DNA of 54,909 nt from Flavobacteriaceae bacterium. Lineage in GTDB: Bacteria > Bacteroidota > Bacteroidia > Flavobacteriales > Flavobacteriaceae. Below the pieces are notes generated by a model that was given only the letters and a program-made list of their open reading frames with translations, was not told where the DNA came from and did not search any database. The stretch spans positions 1 through 54,909 of the forward strand of contig JAHDGB010000001.1 in the NCBI GenBank assembly GCA_020627885.1, in the 5' to 3' direction. A program made the translations under genes and the position numbers. Shown here piece after piece: positions 35,737 to 45,997 of this stretch. Position 1 is the stretch's first letter; each line of letters opens with the position of its first letter.

Positions 35737-37245
35737 ATGCTAGAACATTACAAAAAATCGCAGTTAAACGTTTTTAATCAATTTATTATTATTGATAAAG
35801 AAAAAATTGTAATACAAAATGAATCTTTATTATTCAAAGATGCCATCGGAAAACAGATAAATGCCGTACATCCTTTTTTTGAAACTGTAAATTTCCTTTC
35901 TATAAAAAAAAATGAAGAATTCTATTTTAAATGTGTTAACATCAATTTAAAAAACCAACACCATATTATAGATATTACAATAAAAACTTTTGAAAAAGAT
36001 ACAAACTCACTTATAATAATAGATGATTTAACACAACATTATAATAACCTACAAAAGACAACTCAAATAAGAAATGAAAACTTAATAAATTCGCAACTAT
36101 TAAAATATAAAAATCAAATTCTAAAAGAAAAAGAGCTCTTTAAAAATCAATTTATTAGAAATTTTAGTCATGAAATTAAAATTCCTGTTAATTCAATTAA
36201 CAGAATGTGTTTACTTCTCGAAAATTCAAATTTATCTCAAAATCAATTATACACTTTAAATGTTATTACCAATATTAATAATCAATTAAAGCATATTTTA
36301 AATGATATACTCGACATTTCAAAAATAGAAACTGGTTATTTTAAAATCAGAACCAGTACGTTCAATATTTGTAACATTATAGGTCATATTGAAAGCATGG
36401 CTAAGCAGAAATGTCTTGATAAGCAACTAAAATTTGTATCAAAAATAGATAAAAACTGTCCAAATTTTATAGAAGGAGATCAATTTCGTCTTACACAAAT
36501 ACTAACTAATCTAATAGAGAATGCTATAAAGTTTACTGATTCGGGCACCGTCAAATTAGAAGTTATTGTAAAAAGCAAAACAGAGAATATGGTTATATTA
36601 AACTTTAAAATAAGCGATACAGGAATTGGGATAGAAAAAAAGGAACTTGATGCTATTTTTAATGGTTTTTATCAACTTAAAAACAACAGTATTAAATACC
36701 CTGGAATTGGCTTAGGACTTGCTATTGTTAAATATCTACTAGTAGCCTTAAAAGGAAATATTACTGTAGAAAGCAAATTAAAAGAAGGATCCTTATTTAC
36801 TATTGCTTTACCTTATAAGATATCAAAAAATCAAATTCCTGACAAAAAATTAATTAGAGAGAAAAAACAATCTATAAATGCTCGTAAAATTTTAATAGCA
36901 GATCCATTCTCAAAAGCTAAAACAGAAATTGAAACTATACTTAATAAAAAAGAATACATTTTAAATTTTGTTGAATCTGGAGATGAAGTAATAGAGAGTT
37001 TATATCGCTCTAATTATGATGCGTTAATTATGAACACAAAACTTCCAAAAATGGATGGGATAGAAACTATTCGTTATATAAGACTATCAGAAGAAACCAG
37101 TTTTAAAGACATACCCGTAATTATGGTTTCAGAAAATGCAATTGACGAGAAAGAAGTATGCATAAAAAACAAAGCTAACACTTTCATAAAAAAGCCTTAT
37201 TCTAAAGATTTACTTATTGAAAAAATAAAATCAATAATTACTTAA
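35737..37245 (+). CDS. Paralogous soluble hybrid histidine kinase whose receiver lacks the phospho-acceptor Asp (a pseudo-receiver)
   Basis: 502 aa with the same architecture. The N-terminal domain is alignable with the previous gene (MLExYKK...PFFET...). It has H-box FSHEIKIPVNSI, N-box LTNLIENAIKFT and G boxes DTGIGI, GIGLGLAIVK. The receiver reads DALIMNTKLPKMDG, with Asn433 (AAC 37033-37035) where Asp is expected. Confidence 0.8.
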   Translation: MLEHYKKSQLNVFNQFIIIDKEKIVIQNESLLFKDAIGKQINAVHPFFETVNFLSIKKNEEFYFKCVNINLKNQHHIIDITIKTFEKDTNSLIIIDDLTQHYNNLQKTTQIRNENLINSQLLKYKNQILKEKELFKNQFIRNFSHEIKIPVNSINRMCLLLENSNLSQNQLYTLNVITNINNQLKHILNDILDISKIETGYFKIRTSTFNICNIIGHIESMAKQKCLDKQLKFVSKIDKNCPNFIEGDQFRLTQILTNLIENAIKFTDSGTVKLEVIVKSKTENMVILNFKISDTGIGIEKKELDAIFNGFYQLKNNSIKYPGIGLGLAIVKYLLVALKGNITVESKLKEGSLFTIALPYKISKNQIPDKKLIREKKQSINARKILIADPFSKAKTEIETILNKKEYILNFVESGDEVIESLYRSNYDALIMNTKLPKMDGIETIRYIRLSEETSFKDIPVIMVSENAIDEKEVCIKNKANTFIKKPYSKDLLIEKIKSIIT

Positions 37246-37262
37246 ATGGCTTCTAAAACCTT

Positions 37263-37694
37263 TTATTTATTCATATTTTTTATCTCATCAACAAAAGTAT
37301 CTCCATCAACACCATTATGAACCAAATCTAAAGCCTTATCTGTAACATATCTTGCATTCTTAGGGTTAAATCCAAGACCGACACATAAACGTTCTAATAT
37401 ACTTACTTGTTTCTCACCCTCAACTTGATCTACCCATACCATTCTAGCTAAATCATACAAACGCTCTAATCTTCTTTCATAAGAGGATGGTGGATTAATT
37501 GGATGTGATTTATAATTCTTTACTATTTCAGCATAATCTTTCTCACTTATATCTAAGTTTCTAGATAACCGGTCCAAAAATTCACGCTCTTCAGTATTAA
37601 TTACACCATCACTCATAGCCACTCTAACTATAGCTGCAAAATGATCTTTATTGCGTTGTTTAAATCCGCTATCAAATAAATCTGAAAATGACAT
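37263..37694 (-). CDS. TerB-family (tellurite-resistance-like) protein
   Basis: 143 aa. AAIVRVAMSDGVINTEEREFLDRLSRNLDISEKDY is typical of the TerB fold. Confidence 0.6.
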   Translation of the reverse strand: MSFSDLFDSGFKQRNKDHFAAIVRVAMSDGVINTEEREFLDRLSRNLDISEKDYAEIVKNYKSHPINPPSSYERRLERLYDLARMVWVDQVEGEKQVSILERLCVGLGFNPKNARYVTDKALDLVHNGVDGDTFVDEIKNMNK

Positions 37695-37716
37695 CTGTTT
37701 TTCTTTAAATTTACCG

Positions 37717-37724
37717 CAAATATA
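37717..37724 (-). promoter_or_regulatory. Bacteroidota-type -7 promoter box (TATATTTG on the minus strand) for the TerB-like gene
   Basis: Perfect TAnnTTTG match 23 nt upstream of ATG 37694. Confidence 0.4.
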
Positions 37725-37846
37725 GGTAAAGAAACACCTTTTTTAAAATTAAACTTTTCTTTTTTTATCAACTCTTACTCAAGCTATATAGTATTAAGCA
37801 TAACTGTAAATTAAACCTCAACCTCAAAATTAACCGCTTAATGGTT

Positions 37847-37854
37847 TATATTTG
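37847..37854 (+). promoter_or_regulatory. Bacteroidota-type -7 promoter box (TATATTTG) for mfd
   Basis: Perfect TAnnTTTG match 17 nt upstream of the GTG start at 37872. Confidence 0.4.
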
Positions 37855-37871
37855 CTGCAAATTATTTATAA

Positions 37872-40800
37872 GTGAGTATACATAACCTCTCGCAAACCTA
37901 TGCACAGTCTTTACAATTACAAAAACTGCAGGAGAGTATTGCCATTTCCGAAAATAAAATAATAGCAAAAGGTCTTTTAGGTTCCGCTTTTTCATATACT
38001 ATCGAAACAGCCTTTAAAAATACAAACAAACCTTTTCTACTACTCTTTAATGACAAAGAAGAAGCTGCATTTTATTTAAACGACTTAGAATTTCTAATAA
38101 ACGATAAAGATGTATTATTCTATCCAGGAAGTTATAGGCGTCCATACCAAATAGATGAAACTGATAATGCAAATGTTCTTTTACGTGCCGAGGTTTTAAA
38201 CCGAATTAATTCTCAAAAAAAACCAGCAATAATTGTTTCGTATCCAGATGCTTTATTTGAAAAGGTAGTTACAAGAAAAGAATTAGAACGTAACACATTA
38301 AAAATAACTATTAACGATAATTTATCTATCGATTTTGTAAACGAAGTACTATTTGAATACCAATTTAAACGAGTTGACTTTGTTACTGAACCTGGAGAGT
38401 TTTCTTTAAGGGGAGGCATTGTTGATGTGTTTTCATTTTCTCATGATGAACCTTATCGGATTGAATTCTTTGGAGACGAAGTAGATAGCATAAGAACTTT
38501 TGATGTAGAAACTCAACTTTCTAAAAATCAGACAAAAAAAATAAACATTATCCCAAACATTGCTAATAAATTCTTAGATGAAAAAAGAGAAAGTTTTTTA
38601 AAATACCTTGCTTCTAAAACTGTCGTTTTTATTAAAAATGCAGATTTATTACTCTCCAGAATAGACTCCTTTTATCAAAAAGCTGAAGAAGCATTTAAAA
38701 CGCTTTCTGTAGATATAAAACATGCTGCTCCTAGTGAATTATTCTGCAATTCAACTTTATTAAAAAAACAACTTATAGATTATACTGTTGTAGAATTTGG
38801 TTCCTCTCCTATATTTGGCAGTGAAACTATAAACTTTAATACTTCGCCTCAACCTTCATTTAATAAACAATTCGATTTATTAATTAAAAATCTAAACGAA
38901 AACCACAATAAAGGGTATAGCAATTATATAGCCTGTGTTAGTGAACAACAAGCTAAACGCTTTCATGATATTTTTGAAGATGTTGGTCAAAAAGTAAATT
39001 ACAAAACCATAACAGCCTCTTTACATCAAGGGTTTATAGATCATACTCACAAAATTGTTTGCTATACAGATCATCAAATTTTTGAACGGTATCATAAATT
39101 TAATCTTAAAAATGGCTATGCAAAAAAACAAGCCATAACATTAAAAGAACTAACAAAATTAGATATTGGCGATTATGTTACCCATATTGATCATGGCATA
39201 GGAAAATTTGGAGGACTAAAAAAAATAGATGTTGAAGGGAATAAACAAGAAGCAATTAAACTTGTTTATGGTGAACGAGATGTCCTTTATTTAAGCATAC
39301 ATTCCTTACATAAAATTACTAAGTTTAATGGAAAAGACGGAAAACCTCCTAAAATATATAAATTAGGAAGTAAGGCATGGAAAACACTTAAACAAAAAAC
39401 TAAAGCTCGCGTAAAACATGTTGCTTTTAATTTAATAAAATTATACGCAAAACGTAAATTAGAAAAAGGCTACCAATATAAGCCAGACAGCTATTTACAA
39501 CACGAATTAGAAGCCTCTTTTATATACGAAGACACCCCAGATCAAATTACAGCAACAGCAGACATAAAAACCGATATGGAAAGTGAGCGTCCTATGGATC
39601 GTTTAATATGCGGAGATGTTGGTTTTGGAAAAACTGAAGTAGCGGTTCGAGCTGCTTTTAAAGCAGTAGACAACGGTAAACAAGTTGCCATTTTAGTCCC
39701 TACTACCATTTTAGCATTTCAGCATAATAAAACATTTAACGAACGTTTAAAAGAATTCCCTGTTACTGTAGATTATGTAAACAGATTCAGAACAGCAAAA
39801 CAAAAACGAGAAACTCTTGAAAAACTAGAAAAAGGTCATGTCGATATTATTATTGGCACACACCAACTGGTAAATAAAAAAGTGAAATTTAAAGATCTTG
39901 GCTTATTAATTGTCGATGAAGAGCAAAAATTTGGAGTAAGTGTAAAAGAAAAATTAAAAACACTAAAAGATAATGTCGATGTATTAACACTTACTGCAAC
40001 TCCAATTCCTAGAACATTACAATTTAGCTTAATGGCAGCAAGAGACCTCTCTGTTATTACAACACCACCTCCTAATCGATACCCAATAGAAAGTAATGTT
40101 ATTCGCTTTAATGAAGAATCTATAAGAGACGCTGTTAATTACGAAATACAACGTGGTGGTCAAATATTCTTTATTCATAACCGTATAGAAAATATTAAAG
40201 AGGTTGCAGGAATGATTCAACGCTTAGTCCCAGATGCAAAAATAGGGGTTGGCCATGGGCAATTAGATGGTAAAAAACTTGAAGAACTTATGCTTTCATT
40301 TATGAATGGCACTTTTGATGTTTTAGTTAGCACAACAATTATTGAAAGTGGTTTAGATGTACCTAATGCAAATACTATATTTATTAATAATGCTAATAAT
40401 TTTGGATTGAGTGACCTTCATCAAATGAGAGGAAGAGTAGGAAGAAGTAATAAAAAAGCCTTTTGTTATTTTATTACTCCCGAATATTCTGCAATGACTA
40501 ATGATGCAAGAAAACGAATTCAAGCTCTAGAACAGTTTACAGAATTAGGAAGTGGTTTCAATATCGCGATGAAAGATTTAGAAATTAGAGGAGCTGGGGA
40601 TTTATTAGGAGGAGAACAAAGCGGTTTTATAAATGAAATTGGATTTGATACCTACCAGAAAATTTTGAATGAAGCTATTGAAGAGCTTAAAGAAAATGAA
40701 TTTGCTGATTTATATGAAGAGGAAAAAGACAAGGTTTTTGTTAAAGACATTACAATTGATAGTGATTTTGAACTATTATTTCCAGATGATTACATTAACA

Positions 40801-41204
40801 ATATTACAGAACGCCTTAATTTATATACACAATTAAACGCTATAAAAACTGAAGACGAATTGGTCATTTTTGAAAAACAACTTATTGATCGTTTTGGAGA
40901 ACTTCCTATTCCTGTAATCGATTTATTAAACAGTGTTCGTTTAAAATGGGCAGCAACAAAATTAGGATTTGAAAAAGTTATTATGAAGCACGGTAAGCTC
41001 ATAGGTTACTTTATTAACGACCAACAAAGTCGCTTTTATCAAAGTGCCAATTTTACTCACCTTTTAAAATATGTACAAGCCCATTCTCAAAATTGCAAAA
41101 TGAAAGAAAAGCAAACTCGAAACGGTTTGCGTTTATTGCTTACCTTTGAGGAAATTAAAACAGTTAAACAAGCCCTAAATGCTTTAGAGCCTATTTTGGC
41201 TTAA
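37872..41204 (+). CDS. mfd: Transcription-repair coupling factor Mfd
   Basis: 1110 aa with SF2 helicase motifs GDVGFGKTEVA, DEEQKFG, LTATPIPRT, QMRGRVGR. An UvrB-homology N-terminus and a TRG region are present. Confidence 0.95.
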   Translation: MSIHNLSQTYAQSLQLQKLQESIAISENKIIAKGLLGSAFSYTIETAFKNTNKPFLLLFNDKEEAAFYLNDLEFLINDKDVLFYPGSYRRPYQIDETDNANVLLRAEVLNRINSQKKPAIIVSYPDALFEKVVTRKELERNTLKITINDNLSIDFVNEVLFEYQFKRVDFVTEPGEFSLRGGIVDVFSFSHDEPYRIEFFGDEVDSIRTFDVETQLSKNQTKKINIIPNIANKFLDEKRESFLKYLASKTVVFIKNADLLLSRIDSFYQKAEEAFKTLSVDIKHAAPSELFCNSTLLKKQLIDYTVVEFGSSPIFGSETINFNTSPQPSFNKQFDLLIKNLNENHNKGYSNYIACVSEQQAKRFHDIFEDVGQKVNYKTITASLHQGFIDHTHKIVCYTDHQIFERYHKFNLKNGYAKKQAITLKELTKLDIGDYVTHIDHGIGKFGGLKKIDVEGNKQEAIKLVYGERDVLYLSIHSLHKITKFNGKDGKPPKIYKLGSKAWKTLKQKTKARVKHVAFNLIKLYAKRKLEKGYQYKPDSYLQHELEASFIYEDTPDQITATADIKTDMESERPMDRLICGDVGFGKTEVAVRAAFKAVDNGKQVAILVPTTILAFQHNKTFNERLKEFPVTVDYVNRFRTAKQKRETLEKLEKGHVDIIIGTHQLVNKKVKFKDLGLLIVDEEQKFGVSVKEKLKTLKDNVDVLTLTATPIPRTLQFSLMAARDLSVITTPPPNRYPIESNVIRFNEESIRDAVNYEIQRGGQIFFIHNRIENIKEVAGMIQRLVPDAKIGVGHGQLDGKKLEELMLSFMNGTFDVLVSTTIIESGLDVPNANTIFINNANNFGLSDLHQMRGRVGRSNKKAFCYFITPEYSAMTNDARKRIQALEQFTELGSGFNIAMKDLEIRGAGDLLGGEQSGFINEIGFDTYQKILNEAIEELKENEFADLYEEEKDKVFVKDITIDSDFELLFPDDYINNITERLNLYTQLNAIKTEDELVIFEKQLIDRFGELPIPVIDLLNSVRLKWAATKLGFEKVIMKHGKLIGYFINDQQSRFYQSANFTHLLKYVQAHSQNCKMKEKQTRNGLRLLLTFEEIKTVKQALNALEPILA

Positions 41205-41237
41205 TTTTTGTTTTTCCATAATATAAATTACAAAAAA

Positions 41238-42683
41238 ATGAAAAAATTACTTTTACTAATCGCTGTAATACCTAGTCTGTTAACCGCGCAGCATGTCATA
41301 AAAGGTAAATTTTCCCCTCCCGAAGCATTTAAATTTGCTTTCCTATATAAAGTAACCCCTAAAACTTCAATATTTATTGATAATGCTGACTTAAAAGAAG
41401 ACGGTAGTTTTAAATTTGAATTAGACTCTAGTAAAGTTGCTGGTACATACCGCATAGTATATGCACAACCTCAAGAACAATATAACTTTGATTTACTATA
41501 CAATGCTAAAGAAGATATTGAATTAACTTTCGACATGGAAAAAGGAGTTGAGTTTATTGTTTCTGAAGAAAATAGACTTCTCAGATCATATAATAAAAGT
41601 ATGAACCTTATCTCAAGCAGTGTTAGTAAATACTATAGTACTAGCCCTAATGATAAAAAGGGATTCGATAAAATATTTAAAGTTCTTGAGGACACACAAA
41701 GCATATTCGAAAAAGAAGCGAGTAACACAATTCTTGCTAAAGAATTTATTAAAGCAAGTAAACCCTATAGCCCTCAAGAATACGAAGACGCTAAAACATT
41801 TTCTAAAAATGTAAAAGAACATTTTTTCAGTGCTATAAATTTTAATAACAAAACACTACAAAATTCTAATTTCTTAATTGAAAACACTTTGAATTATGTC
41901 TATAGCTTTATTGAAAGTCAAGAAGATAATGATGCTTTTAAATCTAACATAGATGATGTAGTAAAAGCCATGAGTAATACCGATAGAGCATTACAAAAAA
42001 TAATTTTACAAATTTTATGGTTACAATTTGCTGAAGAAGAAAATGAATCAGTTGCTAATCATATAGGTAGTAATTATTTACTCGAATTAGCACAAGAAGA
42101 AAAAGACAAAAAATTAACAAATGCCATAATAGCTTTTGAAAACTCTTCGATTGGCAAAATTGCCCCAGATTTTGAATTGGAAGTAATAAATAAAGAAGGC
42201 AAAATAAATATTAAAAAACTAAGCGAATTAGAAAACCATGAAAACTACCTCATTATTTTTTGGAGTACTACATGCTCACATTGTTTAGAAGAAATGCCTC
42301 TATTAAAAAATTTAACTTTAAAAACCCCAAAAGAAAAACTACAAATTATAGCTGTGGCCTTAGACAATGACATATACCGTTGGAAAGACCATACTTACAA
42401 TTATCCTAAATTTCATCATGTTTTTGGAGAAGGTAAATGGGATAATAAAATTGGAAACGATTATAATGTTTCAGCAACACCAGCATATTTTGTCTTAGAT
42501 GCTGATAAAAAAATAATAAAAAAACCCTACGACTTTAATGGTTTTAAAGAATGGTTTGGCGATGCATCCAAGATAAAGACAAAATCTTTAACAATAGGAG
42601 AAAACTCCTCAAAGCAAGAAAAGCTCAATGATAAAACCGATCATAATAAAGAAGACAAACCTGAAGAAAAAAAGATAAATTAA
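41238..42683 (+). CDS. Secreted thioredoxin-fold (TlpA/redoxin-like) protein with a long N-terminal extension and a K/E-rich tail
   Basis: Signal peptide MKKLLLLIAVIPSLLTAQ, taken from ATG 41238 (the track start 41208 is a TTG extension). The CxxC active site is WSTTCSHCLEEMP, and the C-terminal tail is NKEDKPEEKKIN. Confidence 0.7.
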   Translation: MKKLLLLIAVIPSLLTAQHVIKGKFSPPEAFKFAFLYKVTPKTSIFIDNADLKEDGSFKFELDSSKVAGTYRIVYAQPQEQYNFDLLYNAKEDIELTFDMEKGVEFIVSEENRLLRSYNKSMNLISSSVSKYYSTSPNDKKGFDKIFKVLEDTQSIFEKEASNTILAKEFIKASKPYSPQEYEDAKTFSKNVKEHFFSAINFNNKTLQNSNFLIENTLNYVYSFIESQEDNDAFKSNIDDVVKAMSNTDRALQKIILQILWLQFAEEENESVANHIGSNYLLELAQEEKDKKLTNAIIAFENSSIGKIAPDFELEVINKEGKINIKKLSELENHENYLIIFWSTTCSHCLEEMPLLKNLTLKTPKEKLQIIAVALDNDIYRWKDHTYNYPKFHHVFGEGKWDNKIGNDYNVSATPAYFVLDADKKIIKKPYDFNGFKEWFGDASKIKTKSLTIGENSSKQEKLNDKTDHNKEDKPEEKKIN

Positions 42684-42686
42684 ATT

Positions 42687-44330
42687 TTATCTTTTAGTTT
42701 TATAATACTCTAAAAGCCCTTGTGTAGAGCCATCGCGATTTGTAATGAACTCAGTATTAAATTCAGATAAAATATTAATAGCCATATCTTTACCTAACTC
42801 AACACCAAATTGGTCGTAACTAAATATATTCCAAATTACCCCTTGTACAAAAATTTTGTGTTCGTACATTGCAATTAATTTTCCTAAATTTTCTGGTGTT
42901 AATTTTTTAATAAAGATTGAGTTCGTAGGCTTATTTCCTGTAAATATTTTAAACGGAAGCAGTTTTTCAATAGTTTCATCAGACATGTTTTGCAACTGTA
43001 ATTCTTTTACAATTTCTTCAGCCGTTTTCCCGTTTAATAATGCCTCAGTCTGTGCTATATAATTAGATATTAATTTGTCTTGATGCTCCTTATTACCGTA
43101 TAAGGATTCAGTAAAACCAATAAAATCGGCAGGGATTAATTTTGTTCCTTGATGTATTAATTGAAAAAACGCATGTTGAGAATTTGTTCCAGGTTGCCCC
43201 CAAATTAAAGTTCCAGTTTGGTATTCTATTGGTGAGCCATTTCTATTAACACTTTTTCCATTACTCTCCATCATACCCTGTTGTAAATAGGTTACAAATT
43301 GATTTAAGTATTGAGAATATGCAATGACTGCTTCACTTTCAGCTTTAAAAAAGTTGTTATACCAAATACTCAATAAGGCTAAAAGAACAGGGATGTTTTT
43401 ATCGAAATCTACGATTTTAAAATGAGTATCCATTTTATGAGCTCCATTTAAAAGGTTTTCAAAATGAGAATATCCTACAGCTAAACTTATGGTTAAACCC
43501 ACAGCACCCCATAAAGAAAAACGTCCTCCAACCCAATCCCACATAGGAAAAATATTATTTTGAGCTATCCCATAAGCTTTCACTTTTTCTAAGTTAGTAG
43601 ATACAGCTACAAAATGCTTAGTAATATCCTCTTCGGTTCCATGTTTTAAAAACCAGGTTCTAATTGTATTAGCATTAGATAATGTTTCCTGAGTTGTAAA
43701 TGTTTTAGAAACTATAACAAATAAAGTTGTTTCTGGGTTAATTTTTTTTAAAACTTCATTTACATGGTCGCCATCTACATTACTTACAAAATGTGTAGTT
43801 AAATGGTTTTTATAAAATTGCAGTGATTCCACTACCATTGCTGGCCCAATATCACTTCCTCCAATCCCAATGTTTACAATATCAGTGAATGCTTTTCCAG
43901 AATAACCTCTTCGTTCCCCTCCAACAATTTCTTTAGTGATTTTTTTAATCTTTTCTTTTACTTCAAAAACCTTAGGAATAACATTCTCCCCATTAACTAA
44001 AACCTTATGAGTTTTTGGCGCTCTTAAAGCTGTATGTAATACTGCTCTATCTTCCGTTTCATTTATTTTTTTTCCTGAGTAATAACTATTAATAGCTTCT
44101 TCTAATTGCATTTCATCAGCAAGAGCTAATAGAAGTTTAATAGTTTTTTCATTTATTCTATTCTTAGAAAAATCGACATAAAAATCATCCCACATAATCG
44201 TAAATTTATCAGCTCTACTCTCGTCTTGAGCAAACAAATCTTTCATTTTCACATCCTTTATCTCATTAAAATGTTTTTCTAATGCTTTCCATGCTTTAGT
44301 CGTTAAAGGATTTATTCTTGGTAATATCAT
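42687..44330 (-). CDS. pgi: Glucose-6-phosphate isomerase
   Basis: 547 aa with PGI signatures IGIGGSDIGP and the GTNSQHAFFQLIHQG region. Confidence 0.95.
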   Translation of the reverse strand: MILPRINPLTTKAWKALEKHFNEIKDVKMKDLFAQDESRADKFTIMWDDFYVDFSKNRINEKTIKLLLALADEMQLEEAINSYYSGKKINETEDRAVLHTALRAPKTHKVLVNGENVIPKVFEVKEKIKKITKEIVGGERRGYSGKAFTDIVNIGIGGSDIGPAMVVESLQFYKNHLTTHFVSNVDGDHVNEVLKKINPETTLFVIVSKTFTTQETLSNANTIRTWFLKHGTEEDITKHFVAVSTNLEKVKAYGIAQNNIFPMWDWVGGRFSLWGAVGLTISLAVGYSHFENLLNGAHKMDTHFKIVDFDKNIPVLLALLSIWYNNFFKAESEAVIAYSQYLNQFVTYLQQGMMESNGKSVNRNGSPIEYQTGTLIWGQPGTNSQHAFFQLIHQGTKLIPADFIGFTESLYGNKEHQDKLISNYIAQTEALLNGKTAEEIVKELQLQNMSDETIEKLLPFKIFTGNKPTNSIFIKKLTPENLGKLIAMYEHKIFVQGVIWNIFSYDQFGVELGKDMAINILSEFNTEFITNRDGSTQGLLEYYKTKR

Positions 44331-44332
44331 AA

Positions 44333-45736
44333 TTATTTTTTAATAACTGATGTTCCTTGTTTTATCTCTGGAAGTACTTGATCTGGGTGTATAGGGATAG
44401 GAATTGAATCTGGTTTTATAGGGTTTACTTCAAAGCTAATAGCGTCCAACTGTAGTTTTAAAGGCTTTATATATTCTAAGTATTCCTTCTTCAAACTGTC
44501 AGAAATAGGTTTAGCTTCAGGTAATTTTTGCTTAAACGGATCTACTTGTCTCCCATTTTTCCAAAAGCGATAACAGACATGCGGACCTGAAGTGTTTCCT
44601 GTCATACCTACTGTACCAATAATATCCCCTTGTTTTACAAACTCTCCAACTTTTACTTTTCGACGGTCCATATGCAAATATTGGGTTGAATAGGTTGGAT
44701 TATGCCTAATCTTAACATAATTTCCATTACCCCCTCGTTTAGCAGACTCTACAACAGTTCCATTTGCTGTAGCCATAATTGGAGTCCCTCTTGCGGCGGT
44801 AAAATCAGTTCCTTTATGTGGCCTCACACGATTACCATAAAGTGCTATACGGCGCCTTAAATTATATCTAGAAGAGATTCGTTTAAATTTTACTGGTGCT
44901 TTTAAAAAGGCGCGTCGAAGGTTTTTCGCTTCTTCACTAAAATAATCGGTATAACCAGTAACCGAATCGGTTTCAAACTCGAAAGCATAAAATGGCTTGT
45001 TATTATGCACAAAATATGCTGATTTGATATTTTCTATACCTGAATATATAGTATCATCGATATATTTTTCAGTATAAATCAATTTAAACTTATCATTAGG
45101 TTGCAATCTAAAAAAATCGATAGTCCAAGCATAAATATCAGACATTTTGTAGGCTAAAATAACGCTTTTACCTTTTGCTTCTAAAGCTTCAGAAATATTT
45201 GTTGTAATGATTCCTGATAATTCCTTTTCAACAAATTTTATTGGTTTAGTACGAGTATAAGCTTTAATAGAATCATGAAAATCTACAACAACATAATCTT
45301 CTTTATTGGGCTGGTAGATGAAACATTTGGGTAATTTGAGAGAATCTTTACTACATAACAAAGTATACGGTTTTCCTACTTGAAGTGTTCTAATATCAAA
45401 ACTATCTTTAGTTTTTTCTGCAATATGAAAAATCTTAGGGTAAGTAATTTGATTTCGTTCTAATATTTGGCCAAAACTATCTCCCTTCCTTATGGTATCT
45501 CTTTTAACAAAATAATCGTTTAAATTAAAGCCAAATTCATAAACATTCTTTGGTTTTAACTCTACTGTTTCTTGTACTATTATTGCAGGTTTTTCTTCTT
45601 TTTTACAGCTAAAAAAACTAACCACTATCATTGATAAAACTAATCCTAGGTTTTTTAGTTGTCGAATTGGTTTCTTATTAATATAATTCAAAAAAAAAGC
45701 ATTTTCTAATTCTTTGAATGCATTCATTTTATTCAT
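44333..45736 (-). CDS. M23 (LytM-type) metallopeptidase with an N-terminal membrane anchor
   Basis: 467 aa with hydrophobic anchor LGLVLSMIVVSFFSC. M23 motifs are RPHKGTDF, GNYVKIRH...YLH and GMTGNTSGPHVCY. The gap to the pgi start is 2 nt. Confidence 0.85.
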   Translation of the reverse strand: MNKMNAFKELENAFFLNYINKKPIRQLKNLGLVLSMIVVSFFSCKKEEKPAIIVQETVELKPKNVYEFGFNLNDYFVKRDTIRKGDSFGQILERNQITYPKIFHIAEKTKDSFDIRTLQVGKPYTLLCSKDSLKLPKCFIYQPNKEDYVVVDFHDSIKAYTRTKPIKFVEKELSGIITTNISEALEAKGKSVILAYKMSDIYAWTIDFFRLQPNDKFKLIYTEKYIDDTIYSGIENIKSAYFVHNNKPFYAFEFETDSVTGYTDYFSEEAKNLRRAFLKAPVKFKRISSRYNLRRRIALYGNRVRPHKGTDFTAARGTPIMATANGTVVESAKRGGNGNYVKIRHNPTYSTQYLHMDRRKVKVGEFVKQGDIIGTVGMTGNTSGPHVCYRFWKNGRQVDPFKQKLPEAKPISDSLKKEYLEYIKPLKLQLDAISFEVNPIKPDSIPIPIHPDQVLPEIKQGTSVIKK

Positions 45737-45997
45737 TAACCCTTTTATATTGTTATATTATCCTTCAATTTATTAATAAAACTAATGTTATAAAACTATT
45801 TATAATCAGTATTACTCACTACATACACATTAATTTAATTTTTCTTATATCGTTTCTAAAATCTAACTCAAAATATAACTTAATAAACTTTATATGCTAT
45901 AAAACTGTAAATCTATGAAATTAGTCTTTGTATTTAAAGGTCAAAAATTATTAATATGTAACTATTTTTTAACCACCGATGATATAGCTACTTTATA

